Shown piece after piece: positions 1 through 11,574 of a DNA stretch of 32,000 bases. The notes beneath the pieces are model-generated. The model worked only from the letters and a program-made list of their open reading frames with translations. It ran no database searches and had not been told where the DNA came from. The position numbers and the translations under genes are program-made. The first letter of the stretch is position 1. Each line of letters begins with the position of its first letter. The stretch spans positions 317,827-349,826 of the forward strand of contig NZ_BAXZ01000005.1 of NCBI RefSeq assembly GCF_000684975.1, read 5' to 3'. The stretch is from Paraburkholderia acidipaludis NBRC 101816 (GTDB taxonomy: Bacteria > Pseudomonadota > Gammaproteobacteria > Burkholderiales > Burkholderiaceae).

Positions 1-855
1 GATCACCCAGCGAAGCGCGGCGCGGCCGCGCCAGCCCGAAACCCTTCGCGCGGTGAGCAGCGCGCCGAACATGAGCCACGAGAGGATCGCGAAGACGGTC
101 TTGTGATCGAGGGAGAGCGGCCGGTCGATCAACTGCTCGCTGAATACGATGCCGGAGGCGAGCGTGAGCGTGAGCAGCACGAAGCCCGCGCCGATCAGGC
201 GGAACAGCAGCTTCTCCATGGTGAGGAGCGGCGGCAGCGTCTCGATCCAGTTCGAGAGCCAGCCGCCGCCGCGCGTGCCCGCATTGCGCTGGAAGCCGCC
301 GCCGCGCAGCGCGTGCAGGCGGCGCTCGACGGCCAGCATCAGCACCGCGTGCAGCGCGGCGATCGCGAAGAGCCCGTAGGCGACGTTGGCGATGACGAAG
401 TGCAGCTTGAACATCGGCGCTGCGGCATACGGCAGCACGCGCACGCCGCCGAACGCGAGCGGCAGGAGCGACGCCACGGCCGCAAGCGGCAGCAGCAACA
501 GACGCAGCCCGTCGAGCTGGAAGAAAAAGCTCTCGATCCAGTAGATGCCCGCGCCGAGCCAGAACATTGCCGACAGCGCAAACGCGAAGCCGAAGATCAT
601 CTCGTGGGCGGGAAAGATCGTCATGTGCAGCAGCACGCCGTGCGCGGCGAGCGCGATGAAGAGCAGCGTGCGCGAGAGCAGCCCGAAGCTGCGCGTGCGC
701 GCCGGACCGCCGGCCGAGGCACCCGTAGCGGCCACCGGCACCGCGGGCAGGCTGCCGAGCAGCGGCTCCATGCCTGCGTGACGCAGCGCGCGCCAGTCGG
801 CGGCGCACAGTCCGCCGTACAGGAGCACGGTGAGGGCATACAGTACAATATCCAT
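1..855 (-). CDS. Cytochrome c assembly (CcsA/YpjD-like) family inner-membrane protein; C-terminus runs off the window
   Basis: Absent from the ORF track because there is no stop inside the window. Hand translation of the minus strand from the ATG at 855 gives 285 uninterrupted codons (MDIVLYALTVLLYGGLCAADW...WIESFFFQLDGLRLLLLPLA...). The product is strongly hydrophobic and multi-TM. It is divergent from ffh, as ypjD is in E. coli. The listed + ORF 103..873 is its R/E-rich antisense shadow. Confidence 0.7.
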   Translation of the reverse strand, partial: MDIVLYALTVLLYGGLCAADWRALRHAGMEPLLGSLPAVPVAATGASAGGPARTRSFGLLSRTLLFIALAAHGVLLHMTIFPAHEMIFGFAFALSAMFWLGAGIYWIESFFFQLDGLRLLLLPLAAVASLLPLAFGGVRVLPYAAAPMFKLHFVIANVAYGLFAIAALHAVLMLAVERRLHALRGGGFQRNAGTRGGGWLSNWIETLPPLLTMEKLLFRLIGAGFVLLTLTLASGIVFSEQLIDRPLSLDHKTVFAILSWLMFGALLTARRVSGWRGRAALRWVI

Positions 856-939
856 GTTCGAAGTTTACTATAGGCCCCCTGGCGCGCGCCGGATTGCCCC
901 CGCGCACGTATCGCCCGGCCGCACTGCTCACCGCTCCCC

Positions 940-2307
940 ATGCTCGACAATCTCACTCAACGGATGGCGCGCGTCGTCAAGACGCTGCGCGGCGAAGCCC
1001 GGCTGACCGAGGCCAACACGCAGGAAATGCTGCGCGAAGTACGCCTTGCCCTGCTCGAGGCGGACGTCGCGCTGCCCGTCGTGCGCGAGTTCATCGCCAA
1101 GGTCAAGGAAAAGGCGCTCGGCGAGGAAGTGATCGCCAGCCTCTCGCCGGGCCAGGCGCTCGTCGGCGTGGTGCAGCGCGAACTGACGGCCGTGATCGGC
1201 GGCGACTACGAAGGCAAGGCCGCCGAGCTCGATCTCGCCGTCACCCCGCCCGCCGTGATCCTGATGGCCGGTCTGCAGGGCGCGGGCAAGACCACCACGG
1301 TCGGCAAGCTCGCCAAATTACTGCGCGAGAAATACAAGAAGAAGGTGCTGACCGTTTCCTGCGACGTCTACCGTCCGGCCGCTATCGCGCAGCTGAAGAC
1401 GGTGACCGAGCAGGTCGGCGCCGACTTCTTCCCGTCGCAGCCCGACCAGAAGCCCGTCGATATCGCCAATGCGGCGGTGGACTGGGCGAAGCGCCACTAT
1501 CACGACGTGCTGCTCGTCGACACGGCCGGCCGTCTCGGTATCGACGAGGCGATGATGCAGGAAATCGCCGCCTTGCACGCGACGCTCAAGCCGGCCGAAA
1601 CGCTCTTCGTCGTCGACGCGATGCTGGGCCAGGACGCCGTCAACACCGCCAAGGCGTTCAACGACGCTCTGCCGCTCACCGGCGTCGTGCTGACCAAGCT
1701 CGACGGCGACTCGCGCGGCGGCGCGGCGCTCTCCGTGCGCCACATCACGGGCAAGCCGATCAAGTTCGTCGGCGTGGCCGAAAAGCTCGACGGCCTCGAA
1801 GTCTTTTACCCGGACCGCATGGCGAACCGGATCCTCGGCATGGGCGACATTCTCGCGCTCGTCGAGGAAGCGCAGCGCGGCGTGGACGTGCAGGCCGCCC
1901 AGAAGCTCGCCGACAAGGTCAAGAAAGGCGGCGACTTCGACCTCAACGACTTCCGCGCGCAGCTCTCGCAGATGAAGAAAATGGGCGGCCTCTCGTCGCT
2001 CATGGACAAGCTGCCCGCGCAGTTCCAGCAGGCCGCCTCGGGCGCCGACATGGGCGTCGCCGAAAAGCAGATGCGCCGCATGGAGGGCATCATCAATTCG
2101 ATGACCCCCGCCGAGCGCGCCAAGCCCGAACTCATCAAGGCCACGCGCAAGCGCCGCATCGCGGCCGGCGCGGGCGTGCAGGTGCAGGAAGTGAACCGCA
2201 TGCTCAACCAGTACGAGCAGATGCGCACGATGATGAAGAAGCTCAAGGGCGGCAACCTGCAGAAGATGATGCGCGGCATGAAGGGCATGATGCCCGGCAT
2301 GCGCTGA
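940..2307 (+). CDS. ffh: Signal recognition particle protein Ffh (SRP54 family)
   Basis: 455 aa. G-domain motifs GLQGAGKTTT, DTAGR and TKLDGD are present, with a Met-rich M-domain tail (MMKKLKGGNLQKMMRGMKGMMPGM). Confidence 0.97.
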   Translation: MLDNLTQRMARVVKTLRGEARLTEANTQEMLREVRLALLEADVALPVVREFIAKVKEKALGEEVIASLSPGQALVGVVQRELTAVIGGDYEGKAAELDLAVTPPAVILMAGLQGAGKTTTVGKLAKLLREKYKKKVLTVSCDVYRPAAIAQLKTVTEQVGADFFPSQPDQKPVDIANAAVDWAKRHYHDVLLVDTAGRLGIDEAMMQEIAALHATLKPAETLFVVDAMLGQDAVNTAKAFNDALPLTGVVLTKLDGDSRGGAALSVRHITGKPIKFVGVAEKLDGLEVFYPDRMANRILGMGDILALVEEAQRGVDVQAAQKLADKVKKGGDFDLNDFRAQLSQMKKMGGLSSLMDKLPAQFQQAASGADMGVAEKQMRRMEGIINSMTPAERAKPELIKATRKRRIAAGAGVQVQEVNRMLNQYEQMRTMMKKLKGGNLQKMMRGMKGMMPGMR

Positions 2308-2466
2308 TTTGCCGGGCCCGGTCGCGGCACAGATGCCGGGCTGCGACCGGGCCCCGGGTGCCTCCTGTAACGCGGCGCGCAAGCTGGAATGCGCGGGTTT
2401 ATGCTGTAGCGCGCGCCGACGTTATTTTCCACACTTCACAGCTACAGCTACGGTCCCGCCAGAGTC

Positions 2467-3018
2467 ATGAATCGCGAAGAAGCCCTCCACATTTTCCGCC
2501 ACTCCGAAGAAATCGTTTCGGAGGGCGAGGTCAATGCGTCGATCGGCCGGATGGCCGAAGCCATCCGTAGCGAAATCAGCGAGGACTTCCCGCTCGTGCT
2601 GTCGGTGATGGGCGGCGCCGCCGTGTTCACCGGCATGCTGCTGCCGCACCTCGACTTCCCGCTCGAGTTCGACTACATCCACCTCACCCGCTATCGCAAC
2701 GCCATCAAGGGCAGCGCCGAGATGCAATGGCGCGTCGCGCCGCGCGAATCGGTGAAGGACCGGGTCGTGATCGTGCTCGACGACATCCTCGACGAGGGCG
2801 AGACCATGGCCGCGATCCGCGACCGCATCATCGCGATGGGCGCGAAGCGCTTCCTCTCGGCCGTGCTGTGCGAAAAGATCATTCCGAAGGCGAAGCCGCT
2901 GCACCCCGACTTCTGCGGGTTCTCGGTGCCGGATCGCTATGTGTTCGGCTGCGGCATGGATGCGAAGGGCTACTGGCGCAATCTGCCCACTATCCGCGCG
3001 CTGACCGAAGGCGCCTGA
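2467..3018 (+). CDS. Type I phosphoribosyltransferase, hypoxanthine/guanine PRTase-like
   Basis: 183 aa with the PRPP-binding loop VVIVLDDILDEGETM. Size is typical of 6-oxopurine PRTases. Confidence 0.75.
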   Translation: MNREEALHIFRHSEEIVSEGEVNASIGRMAEAIRSEISEDFPLVLSVMGGAAVFTGMLLPHLDFPLEFDYIHLTRYRNAIKGSAEMQWRVAPRESVKDRVVIVLDDILDEGETMAAIRDRIIAMGAKRFLSAVLCEKIIPKAKPLHPDFCGFSVPDRYVFGCGMDAKGYWRNLPTIRALTEGA

Positions 3019-3061
3019 ATCGCGCCGCCCCGCGCTCGCGCGGGAACTGAAGCACCATGAA

Positions 3062-3090
3062 GAAAGCGGCCCGCGGGCCGCTTTTCTGTT
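3062..3090. terminator. Bidirectional rho-independent terminator between the PRTase gene and the marC-family gene
   Basis: GC stem agcggccc/gggccgct flanked by an A-run on the left and ttttctgttt on the right, lying between convergent genes. Confidence 0.7.
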
Positions 3091-3115
3091 TGTACGTGCC
3101 GTGGAGGCAACGAAC

Positions 3116-3715
3116 TCAGAGGTGATGCACGAAGTTGCTGATGCCCGCGAGGATCATCTCCACGGAGATCGCCACGAGCACGAGACCCATCAGCCGCTCG
3201 AACGCCGTCACCACGCGCTCGCCAAGCCATTGCTGGATGCGCTCGGCCAGCACCAGCACGGCCGCACAGACCACCATCGTCACGGTGAGCGCGCCGATCC
3301 ATTCGACCAGTTTGCCCGGCGCCTGCGAGGTGAGCAGCATGACCGTGGCAAGCGCGGAAGGCCCCGCCAGCGCCGGAATGGCGAGCGGCACGATGAGCGG
3401 CTCGCCGTCCTTGTCGCCGCCGCCGAACGGTCCGCCCGGATGCGGGAAGATCATGCGCAGCGCGATCAGGAACAGCACGATGCCGCCGCCGATGCGCAGC
3501 GACGTGTCCGTGAGCCCCATCATCCGCAGGAAACCGTTGCCGGCCACCATGAAGATGAGCAGGATTCCGAACGCGATCGCCACTTCCCGCAGGATCACGA
3601 TCGCCCGGCGCGACCGCTCCACGTGGCGCAGACACCCGATGAAGAGCGGAATGTTGCCGAGCGGATCGGTGATGAGGAGGAGCAGGACGGTCGCGGAAAG
3701 GAAGCTGTATTCCAT
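3116..3715 (-). CDS. MarC family (UPF0056) integral membrane protein
   Basis: 199 aa, multi-TM, with the N-terminal signature LLLITDPLGNIPLF typical of the MarC family. Confidence 0.8.
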   Translation of the reverse strand: MEYSFLSATVLLLLITDPLGNIPLFIGCLRHVERSRRAIVILREVAIAFGILLIFMVAGNGFLRMMGLTDTSLRIGGGIVLFLIALRMIFPHPGGPFGGGDKDGEPLIVPLAIPALAGPSALATVMLLTSQAPGKLVEWIGALTVTMVVCAAVLVLAERIQQWLGERVVTAFERLMGLVLVAISVEMILAGISNFVHHL

Positions 3716-3729
3716 CGCTTCCTGGCCGC

Positions 3730-5466
3730 CTAGCGCGCGAGCGCCGCGCGGACCTTCTGCACCACCGCCTGCGCGGCCTCTTCGGCCGGCAACAACGTCG
3801 GCTCGGCGTCGCGGCGGCCCTGGTACTCGATCTTGCCTTCCTTGAGGCCTCGCTCGCCGATCACGAGACGATGCGGCACGCCGATCAGCTCCCAGTCGGC
3901 GAACATCACGCCCGGACGCTCGCCGCGGTCGTCGAGGATCACGTCCACGCCGGCCTTCACGAGCTCGTCGTAGATGCGTTCGGCGTGCTCGCGCACGAGC
4001 TCGCTGCGGTCCATGCCCATCGGGCAGAGCACCACCTCGAACGGCGCGATCGATTCCGGCCAGATGATGCCCTTCTCATCGAAGTTCTGTTCGATCGCGG
4101 CGCCCAGGATACGCGTGATGCCAATGCCGTAGCAGCCCATCTGCATCGGCGCGGGCTTGCCGTTCTCGGCGAGGAAGGTCGCGCCCATTGCATCGGAGTA
4201 CTTGGTGCCGAGCTGGAACACGTGGCCCACTTCGATGCCGCGGCAGATGTCGAGCACGCCCTTGCCGTCCGGCGAGGGATTGCCCTTTTTCACGTTGCGG
4301 ATGTCGGCGACGACCGGCTCCGGCAGGTCGCGGCCCCAGTTCACGCCCGTCGTGTGGAAGTCCACCTCGTTCGAACCCACTACGAAGTCGCTCATGTTCG
4401 CGACCGTACGGTCCGCGATCACCTTGACGGGCTTCTTCGTGTTGAGCGGCCCGAGGTAGCCCGGCGGCGTGCCGAACCATTCGACAATCTCGGCTTCGGT
4501 CGCGAAGCGGAAATTGGCGAGGCCTTCGAGCTTCGCCACCTTGATCTCGTTCAGGTCGTGGTCGCCGCGCAGCATCAGCAGCCAGATCGTGGGCTCGGCG
4601 CCTTCGTTGTCGGTCGCCAGAATGATCGACTTGATGGTGCGCTCGAGCGGAATGCCGAGCAGAGCCGCCACGGCCTCGCACTTCGCCGCGCCCGGCGTCG
4701 CGGTCTTCGTGAGGGCTTCGGTAGCCGGGCCGCGCGTGGCGATGAGCGGCAGCGCATCGGCTGCTTCGACGTTGGCCGCGAAGTCCGAAGTCGGGCAGTA
4801 GGCGATATCGTCCTCGCCCGTCTCGGCGATCACGTGAAATTCGTGCGAGCCGCTGCCGCCGATCGAGCCGTTGTCGGCCGCGACCGCGCGGAACTGCAGG
4901 CCGAGACGCGTGAAGATGCGCACATAGGCGTCGTACATCTTTTGGTACGAGCCCTTGAGGCCTTCGATGTCCTTATCGAACGAGTACGCGTCCTTCATGA
5001 TGAACTCGCGGCCGCGCATCACGCCGAAACGGGGACGGATTTCGTCGCGGAACTTCGTCTGCACCTGGTAGAAGTTCACCGGCAGCTGACGGTAGCTCTT
5101 GATCTGGTTGCGCGCGATGTCGGTCACGACTTCCTCGTGCGTCGGACCCATCACGAAATCGCTCTGCTTGCGGTCCTTGAAGCGCAGCAGTTCCGGCCCG
5201 TATTTTTCCCAGCGTCCCGATTCCTGCCACAGCTCGGCCGGCTGCACGGCCGGCATCAGGAGCTCGATCGCGCCCGCACGGTTCATTTCCTCGCGCACGA
5301 TCTGCTCGACCTTGCGGATCGAGCGCAGGCCGATCGGCAGATAGTTGTAGATGCCGCCCGCGACGCGGCGGATCATGCCCGCGCGGACCATCAACTTGTG
5401 GCTGACGATTTCGGCGTCAGCCGGCGCTTCCTTCAGGGTGCCGATAAAGAAACGGGAGGCTTTCAT
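3730..5466 (-). CDS. proS: Proline--tRNA ligase
   Basis: 578 aa starting [33 protein letters not shown]. Bacterial-type class II ProRS with an inserted editing domain and a C-terminal anticodon-binding region. Confidence 0.96.
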   Translation of the reverse strand: MKASRFFIGTLKEAPADAEIVSHKLMVRAGMIRRVAGGIYNYLPIGLRSIRKVEQIVREEMNRAGAIELLMPAVQPAELWQESGRWEKYGPELLRFKDRKQSDFVMGPTHEEVVTDIARNQIKSYRQLPVNFYQVQTKFRDEIRPRFGVMRGREFIMKDAYSFDKDIEGLKGSYQKMYDAYVRIFTRLGLQFRAVAADNGSIGGSGSHEFHVIAETGEDDIAYCPTSDFAANVEAADALPLIATRGPATEALTKTATPGAAKCEAVAALLGIPLERTIKSIILATDNEGAEPTIWLLMLRGDHDLNEIKVAKLEGLANFRFATEAEIVEWFGTPPGYLGPLNTKKPVKVIADRTVANMSDFVVGSNEVDFHTTGVNWGRDLPEPVVADIRNVKKGNPSPDGKGVLDICRGIEVGHVFQLGTKYSDAMGATFLAENGKPAPMQMGCYGIGITRILGAAIEQNFDEKGIIWPESIAPFEVVLCPMGMDRSELVREHAERIYDELVKAGVDVILDDRGERPGVMFADWELIGVPHRLVIGERGLKEGKIEYQGRRDAEPTLLPAEEAAQAVVQKVRAALAR

Positions 5467-5705
5467 TCAGATTATCCAAAGGCGGCGGCCCGGTGAGAGG
5501 CCGCCCGAAAGAGTCCAACGATGGAGTTCACAGACCCGACATTATGACAACGCCCCATGCACCGCACCGATGACGCCAGCCGGCCTTGCGACGAACGCTG
5601 CTTGCGCGCTCGCGGCAAATCGCGCCAATCTTCCGGCCGCCGGGTGCGTGAGGACCGTTATCTGTTTATAATCAAAGCAATTTTAAAGGATTCGAAGGTG
5701 GTTGT

Positions 5706-6353
5706 ATGCTGGATCGTGAAGGCTTTCGCCCGAACGTCGGCATCATCCTCTTGAACGCGCACAACGAGGTGTTTTGGGGCAAGCGGGTTCGCGAACATTC
5801 CTGGCAGTTTCCGCAAGGGGGCATCAAGTATGGTGAGACCCCTTTGCAGGCAATGTATCGGGAGTTGCAAGAAGAAACCGGGCTGCTTCCTGAGCACGTC
5901 AAGATTGTCGGTCGCACGCGCGACTGGTTGCGTTATGAGGTGCCGGACAAGTTCATCAAGCGCGAAGTGCGCGGCCATTATCGCGGTCAGAAACAGATCT
6001 GGTTTCTGCTGCGCATGGTCGGGCGCGACTGCGATATCTGCCTGCGGGCAACGGAGCATCCCGAGTTCGATGCGTGGCGCTGGAACGAGTACTGGGTGCC
6101 GCTTGAAGCGGTCATCGAGTTCAAGCGCGACGTCTATCAGCTCGCGTTGACCGAGTTGTCGCGCTTCCTGCGGCGCGCCGCCGCGCCGCGCCAGGAACGC
6201 CACGAGCGCGGCATGCATGCTCACGAGGTCCGCTACCCGCGCATCGTCACGTCGGCGCATGCCGATGCCGTGCAGGCAGCCCCGGCGCTGGAAAGCGGCT
6301 GTGGGGGCGACGGCGGGAGTATGATCGTGCCTGCGCCGGGCGAGCACGAGTAA
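5706..6353 (+). CDS. rppH: RNA pyrophosphohydrolase (Nudix)
   Basis: N-terminus [17 protein letters not shown] and Nudix box [24 protein letters not shown] long C-terminal tail, as seen in Burkholderiales homologues. Confidence 0.9.
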   Translation: MLDREGFRPNVGIILLNAHNEVFWGKRVREHSWQFPQGGIKYGETPLQAMYRELQEETGLLPEHVKIVGRTRDWLRYEVPDKFIKREVRGHYRGQKQIWFLLRMVGRDCDICLRATEHPEFDAWRWNEYWVPLEAVIEFKRDVYQLALTELSRFLRRAAAPRQERHERGMHAHEVRYPRIVTSAHADAVQAAPALESGCGGDGGSMIVPAPGEHE

Positions 6354-6463
6354 GCCCGTCACGACGGCGTGCCGGGGGGGAACCCGCGGCGAGAACCGGC
6401 GACGCGAACCCACGGTTTGCGCCGCCGTTCGTATTTGCGGCGCTGCGCTTCAAGGCCGGGCCG

Positions 6464-7048
6464 TTGCTTCGAAGGAAAATCAATTTGAAACGATTGGCTC
6501 TTGCCGTGGTGTGCGCCGCGGCCGCAAGTAGTGTCCTGCTGACCGCCTGCAGCAGTTCCGGCCCCACCAACAAGGACGACAGCGCGTTTGTCTACCTGTT
6601 CGACCGCCAGGGCAGCTGGAAAGAAAACGCGCTCGAAGGGCTGCCGCCGATGCCGCAAGCCGGCACAAAGCTGCTGCCGTTTGACGTCTCGAACGATACG
6701 TCGCTCAAGTTCGCGATCGATCCGGCTTCGCTGACGGTCGGCTCCGACGGCGTCGTGCGCTACACGGTCGTCATCACGAGCCCGAGCGGCGCGCGCAACG
6801 TGAACTACGAGGGCATACGTTGCGACACGTACGAGTGGCGCCTGTACGCGAGCCTCGATGCCGACCACAACGCGTGGGACCAGACCGTTGCGAACGACTG
6901 GTCGCGTATCGAGAACGGCTCGCTGAACGCGTATCGTGCCTCGCTCTATCAGGACTATTTCTGCGCGAACAAGATGCCGGTGGCAAAGGCTCAGGTCATC
7001 GTCGACAACCTGCGCTACGGCCGCACGCAGGCGTCGCTGATCCACTGA
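6464..7048 (+). CDS. Putative lipoprotein (possibly CNP1-like family)
   Basis: Signal peptide with lipobox LLTAC. The more likely start is the TTG at 6485, preceded by AAGGA, giving MKRLALAVVCAAAASSVLLTAC. The family name is recollection only. Confidence 0.6.
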   Translation: MLRRKINLKRLALAVVCAAAASSVLLTACSSSGPTNKDDSAFVYLFDRQGSWKENALEGLPPMPQAGTKLLPFDVSNDTSLKFAIDPASLTVGSDGVVRYTVVITSPSGARNVNYEGIRCDTYEWRLYASLDADHNAWDQTVANDWSRIENGSLNAYRASLYQDYFCANKMPVAKAQVIVDNLRYGRTQASLIH

Positions 7049-7068
7049 CACCCGGCCTGGAACACCAT

Positions 7069-7109
7069 AAAAAAAGCTGCCCCGGCTCGATGCCGGGGCA
7101 GCTTTTTTG
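7069..7109. terminator. Bidirectional rho-independent terminator
   Basis: aaaaaa-agctgccccggc-tcgat-gccggggcagct-ttttt: a 12-bp perfect stem with an A-run and a T-run, between the convergent lipoprotein gene and proB. Confidence 0.85.
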
Positions 7110-7143
7110 TCGCCCGTATTTCCGCCAGGGATGCGGGTGCAGA

Positions 7144-8262
7144 TCAGACCAGCACGAGATTGTCGCGATGAATCAGCTCCGGTTCCAGCATGTAGCCGAG
7201 CACGCCCTCAATCTCGCCGCTCGGATGACGCTGGATCAGCTTCGTTTCCGCGCTGCTGTAGTTCGTGAGCCCGCGCGCCACCTCCACGCCCGTGCTGTTC
7301 AGGCACGCAATGACCTCGCCGCGCGCGAACGCACCCTGCACGCCGACTACACCGATCGGCAGCAGGCTCTTGCCGTCCGCGGTGAGTTTTTGCACGGCGC
7401 CGTCGTCGATCACCACATGGCCGCGCACCTGCAGATGGTCGGCCATCCATTGCTTGCGGGCCGCCATGCGGGCCGTGCGGGCGATGAGCTGCGTGCCGAT
7501 CGCCTCGCCCGAGGCGAGTCGCACGAGCACGTCGGCCTCCCGGCCGCTCGCGATCACCGTGTTCGCGCCGCTATGCGCCGCGCGCTTGGCCGCGAGGATC
7601 TTGGTGAGCATGCCGCCGCGACCGAGGCTCGACCCCGCGCCGCCCGCCATCGCCTCGAGTTCGGACTTGCCGGCGTCGGCCTCGCGGACCAGCGTGGCGG
7701 CCGGATCCTTGCGCGGATCCGCCGTGTAAAGCCCGCTCTGGTCGGTGAGAATCACGAGCGCATCGCCTTCGATGAGGTTCGCGACGAGCGCGCCGAGCGT
7801 GTCGTTGTCGCCGAACTTGATTTCGTCGGTAACGACCGTGTCGTTCTCGTTGATGATGGGCACGACTCCGAGACGCAGCAGCGTGAGCAGCGTCGAGCGC
7901 GCGTTCAGGTAACGTTCGCGATCGGCGAGGTCGGCATGGGTGAGCAGGATCTGCGCGGTACGAATGCCGTGCCCGGCGAAGCTGCTTTCGTACACCTGCG
8001 CAAGTCCCATCTGGCCGACCGCCGCGGCCGCCTGCAATTCGTCGATCTCGCGCGGGCGCTTGCTCCAGCCAAGCCGTTGCATGCCCTCGGCGATAGCGCC
8101 CGAGCTGACGAGCACGACCTCGAAGCCCCGCTCGCGCAGCGCCGCGATCTGCGAGGCCCAACGGCCGATCGCCGCATGATCGAGCCCGCGGCCATCATTG
8201 GTGACAAGGCTCGAACCGACTTTCACTACCAGACGCCGGGAATCGGCGATGACGGAACGCAT
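7144..8262 (-). CDS. proB: Glutamate 5-kinase
   Basis: The ORF track gives 7144..8535. The conserved N-terminus [21 protein letters not shown] begins at residue 92 of that ORF, which is the ATG at 8262. An amino-acid kinase domain plus C-terminal PUA-like region gives 372 aa. Confidence 0.92.
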   Translation of the reverse strand: MRSVIADSRRLVVKVGSSLVTNDGRGLDHAAIGRWASQIAALRERGFEVVLVSSGAIAEGMQRLGWSKRPREIDELQAAAAVGQMGLAQVYESSFAGHGIRTAQILLTHADLADRERYLNARSTLLTLLRLGVVPIINENDTVVTDEIKFGDNDTLGALVANLIEGDALVILTDQSGLYTADPRKDPAATLVREADAGKSELEAMAGGAGSSLGRGGMLTKILAAKRAAHSGANTVIASGREADVLVRLASGEAIGTQLIARTARMAARKQWMADHLQVRGHVVIDDGAVQKLTADGKSLLPIGVVGVQGAFARGEVIACLNSTGVEVARGLTNYSSAETKLIQRHPSGEIEGVLGYMLEPELIHRDNLVLV

Positions 8263-8339
8263 GCTGCGCGGTCTCCCAAATGGCTGATGACGCGTAAAGC
8301 TGCCGGCGCGCCATGCGCGCCGGAGAGGGCGAAGATGGG

Positions 8340-9455
<1,116 letters not shown>

Positions 9456-9536
9456 TTACTCCGTCCCGTGGATGTCGTTATTTTGCCGCGCGCCGGCCTC
9501 CGGGCCAACCTGGCCGAACGGACACGCCCCATAAGC

Positions 9537-9566
9537 AAAAGGCCCCGCAAACTTCGCGGGGCCTTC
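9537..9566 (-). terminator. Rho-independent terminator/attenuator downstream of rpmA
   Basis: On the minus strand, stem ggccccgc/gcggggcc is followed by ttttgctt. It lies between rpmA and obgE. Confidence 0.65.
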
Positions 9567-9594
9567 CTTGCGTCGATTGCGAACGGGCCAGTAC

Positions 9595-9858
9595 TTAGGC
9601 CGCTGCCGGGACGACGTTGACCGTGTGCTTGTTCGCCGCGCCCTTGGTGGTGAACGAGACGTGGCCATCGACCAGCGCGTAGAGCGTGTGGTCCTTGCCG
9701 ATGCCGACGTTCAGGCCCGGGTGCATGCGCGTGCCGCGCTGGCGAACGATGATGCCGCCGGCGAGGATCGCCTGGCCACCGAACACCTTGACGCCCAGTC
9801 GTTTCGACTCGGAATCGCGGCCGTTACGCGAGGAACCGCCTGCCTTTTTGTGTGCCAT
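9595..9858 (-). CDS. rpmA: 50S ribosomal protein L27
   Basis: 87 aa starting [24 protein letters not shown]. Confidence 0.97.
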   Translation of the reverse strand: MAHKKAGGSSRNGRDSESKRLGVKVFGGQAILAGGIIVRQRGTRMHPGLNVGIGKDHTLYALVDGHVSFTTKGAANKHTVNVVPAAA

Positions 9859-9884
9859 TTGTTTGCTCCTTTACCTGCGTGCGC

Positions 9885-10196
9885 TTACGCGTTGATCGCG
9901 TCGATGCGCAGTTCGGTGTAGTTCTGGCGGTGGCCGCCATGCTTCTGGTAGTGCTTCCGGCGACGCATCTTGAAGATGGTCACTTTGGCGTGACGACCGT
10001 GCGAGACAACGGTGGCCTTGACGGAAGCCCCACTGACCAGCGGCGTACCGAACTGAATCGATTCGCCTTCGCCCACTGCGAGAACCTGGTCGAGCGTGAT
10101 TTCTGCGTCAATGTCAGCCGGTATCTGTTCTACTTTGAGTTTTTCGCCAACGGCAACCTTGTACTGCTTGCCGCCGGTTTTTATGACCGCGTACAT
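9885..10196 (-). CDS. rplU: 50S ribosomal protein L21
   Basis: The conserved start [14 protein letters not shown] is residue 13 of track ORF 9885..10232, which is the ATG at 10196. This gives 103 aa. Confidence 0.95.
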
Positions 10197-10471
10197 TGAG
10201 AACCTCACTCTGAGAATACTTTCCAGACACACTGCGCGCTGGAAACCTTAGATTATACATAGAGTTAGCGGCGCGGTCAAAACTCCTTGACATCCATCTC
10301 GGCCTGCCGCCACGCGCACGGCGGCACATCCCGTGCGGAGCGTCGAAAGCGCCGCCTGGCGGGCGTTTCCCGAGTCCCGCCCCTGGACCGAAGGCCAATC
10401 TGGAGACGTCTCAGGGTCCGGCGTTTGCGCGATTCGCCTTATAATCCGCGGCACTACCCCTATTCGCCATC

Positions 10472-11464
10472 ATGTCGTCCACCGCCACCCACACCCCCAG
10501 CGCCGCTGCCCTGCTCGCCCCGATTGCCGCTGACATGGAGCAGGTCAACCGCGTCATCCGGCAAAGCCTGGCGTCCGAGGTGATGCTGATCAACCAGATC
10601 TCCGAGTACATCATCGGTGCGGGGGGCAAGCGCCTGCGCCCGGCGCTGCTGCTGCTCGTCGCGGGGGCGCTGGGCGACCGCGGCACGCATCGTCACGAAC
10701 TCGCCGCCGTCGTGGAATTCATCCATACGGCGACGCTGCTGCATGACGACGTGGTGGACGAATCCGACCTGCGGCGCGGCCGGCAGACGGCCAATGCGCT
10801 CTTCGGCAACGCCGCGAGCGTGCTCGTGGGCGACTACCTGTACTCGCGCTCGTTCGAAATGATGGTGGGCGTGGGCAAGATGCGCGTGATGGAGATTCTT
10901 TCCCAGGCGACCACGATCATCTCCGAAGGCGAGGTGCTCCAGCTCCTGAACATGCATGACGCCGACGTGGACGTGTCGCGCTACATGCAGGTGATCCGCT
11001 ACAAGACGGCCAAGCTGTTCGAGGCGGCGGCACAGCTTGGCGCAGTGCTTTCGGGGTCGGATGCGCGAACGGAAGAAGCGGCCGCCGAGTTCGGCCGGCG
11101 CATCGGCACGGCATTCCAGCTCATGGACGACTGGCTCGATTACGCAGGCACGGCCGAGGCGATGGGCAAGAACGCCGGCGACGACCTGCGCGAAGGCAAG
11201 CCCACGCTGCCGCTCATCTGGCTGATCGAGCACGGCACGGCGGCGGAAGCGGCGCTCGCGCGCGAGGCGATCGAACAGGGCGGCACGACGCGCTTCGACG
11301 AAATCTTCGCGGCGATCACGCGCTCGGGCGCGCTCGATCACACGCTGGAATGCGCAAGGACCGAGGCGCAGGCCGCCGCCGACGCAATTTCGGCCTTCCC
11401 CTCTTCCATTTACAAAGAGAGCCTGCTAGAATTATGTTCTTACTCGACGACGCGCCAGTCTTGA
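10472..11464 (+). CDS. ispB: Octaprenyl diphosphate synthase (trans-polyprenyl diphosphate synthase)
   Basis: 330 aa with two Asp-rich motifs, LLHDDVVDESDLRRGR and FQLMDDWLDY. Conserved position divergent from rplU-rpmA. Confidence 0.93.
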   Translation: MSSTATHTPSAAALLAPIAADMEQVNRVIRQSLASEVMLINQISEYIIGAGGKRLRPALLLLVAGALGDRGTHRHELAAVVEFIHTATLLHDDVVDESDLRRGRQTANALFGNAASVLVGDYLYSRSFEMMVGVGKMRVMEILSQATTIISEGEVLQLLNMHDADVDVSRYMQVIRYKTAKLFEAAAQLGAVLSGSDARTEEAAAEFGRRIGTAFQLMDDWLDYAGTAEAMGKNAGDDLREGKPTLPLIWLIEHGTAAEAALAREAIEQGGTTRFDEIFAAITRSGALDHTLECARTEAQAAADAISAFPSSIYKESLLELCSYSTTRQS

Positions 11465-11496
11465 TTAAGACGCGGCATGTTGAAGAGTCCAGCAGC

Positions 11497-11541
11497 AAAT
11501 TCGGGGTGTAGCTTAGCCTGGTAGAGCGCTACGTTCGGGAC
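11497..11541 (+). repeat. attL direct repeat (5 nt of leader plus tRNA-Pro positions 1-40)
   Basis: aaattcggggtgtagcttagcctggtagagcgctacgttcgggac is identical to 25091..25135. Confidence 0.9.
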
Positions 11542-11574
11542 TGTTTACACGGTCCACAAATCCTCTCACCCCGA
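11502..11574 (+). pseudogene. Chimeric pseudo-tRNA-Pro (attL/attP-type copy)
   Basis: The 5' 40 nt and the last 16 nt (aatcctctcaccccga) match the intact gene. The 3' anticodon-stem strand, variable loop and 5' T-stem strand are replaced by tgtttacacggtccaca, which cannot pair. There is no CCA. Confidence 0.8.

Noticed and set aside
103-873. 256-aa + strand ORF, plus nested ORFs at 149..379, 339..581, 545..781 and 621..956
   Set aside because: Arg/Glu/Ala/Gln-rich low-complexity translation. It lies antisense to a clean multi-TM protein reading on the minus strand (1..855). This is a typical high-GC shadow ORF.
2314-2354. 12-bp GC-rich stem (gggcccggtcgc / gcgaccgggccc) after ffh, considered as a terminator
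   Set aside because: The loop is 17 nt and there is no U-tract. It may be a REP-like or structural element, but it cannot be called an intrinsic terminator with confidence.
894-2570. 558-aa + ORF and 354-aa / 208-aa minus ORFs overlapping ffh
   Set aside because: Arg/Gly/Ala-rich off-frame or antisense translations of ffh. The ffh frame carries all the SRP54 motifs.
3871-5496. 541-aa + ORF antisense to proS. Similar long shadow ORFs at 6820..8460, 8313..9620, 10460..11341, 5658..6413, 6359..7051, 25554..26060, 26064..26711, 27263..27871, 28279..29817, 30178..30834, 30963..31583 and 30968..31840
   Set aside because: All overlap recognisable conserved genes on the other strand or frame. All have the R/A/G/D/H-biased composition expected from high-GC antisense frames.
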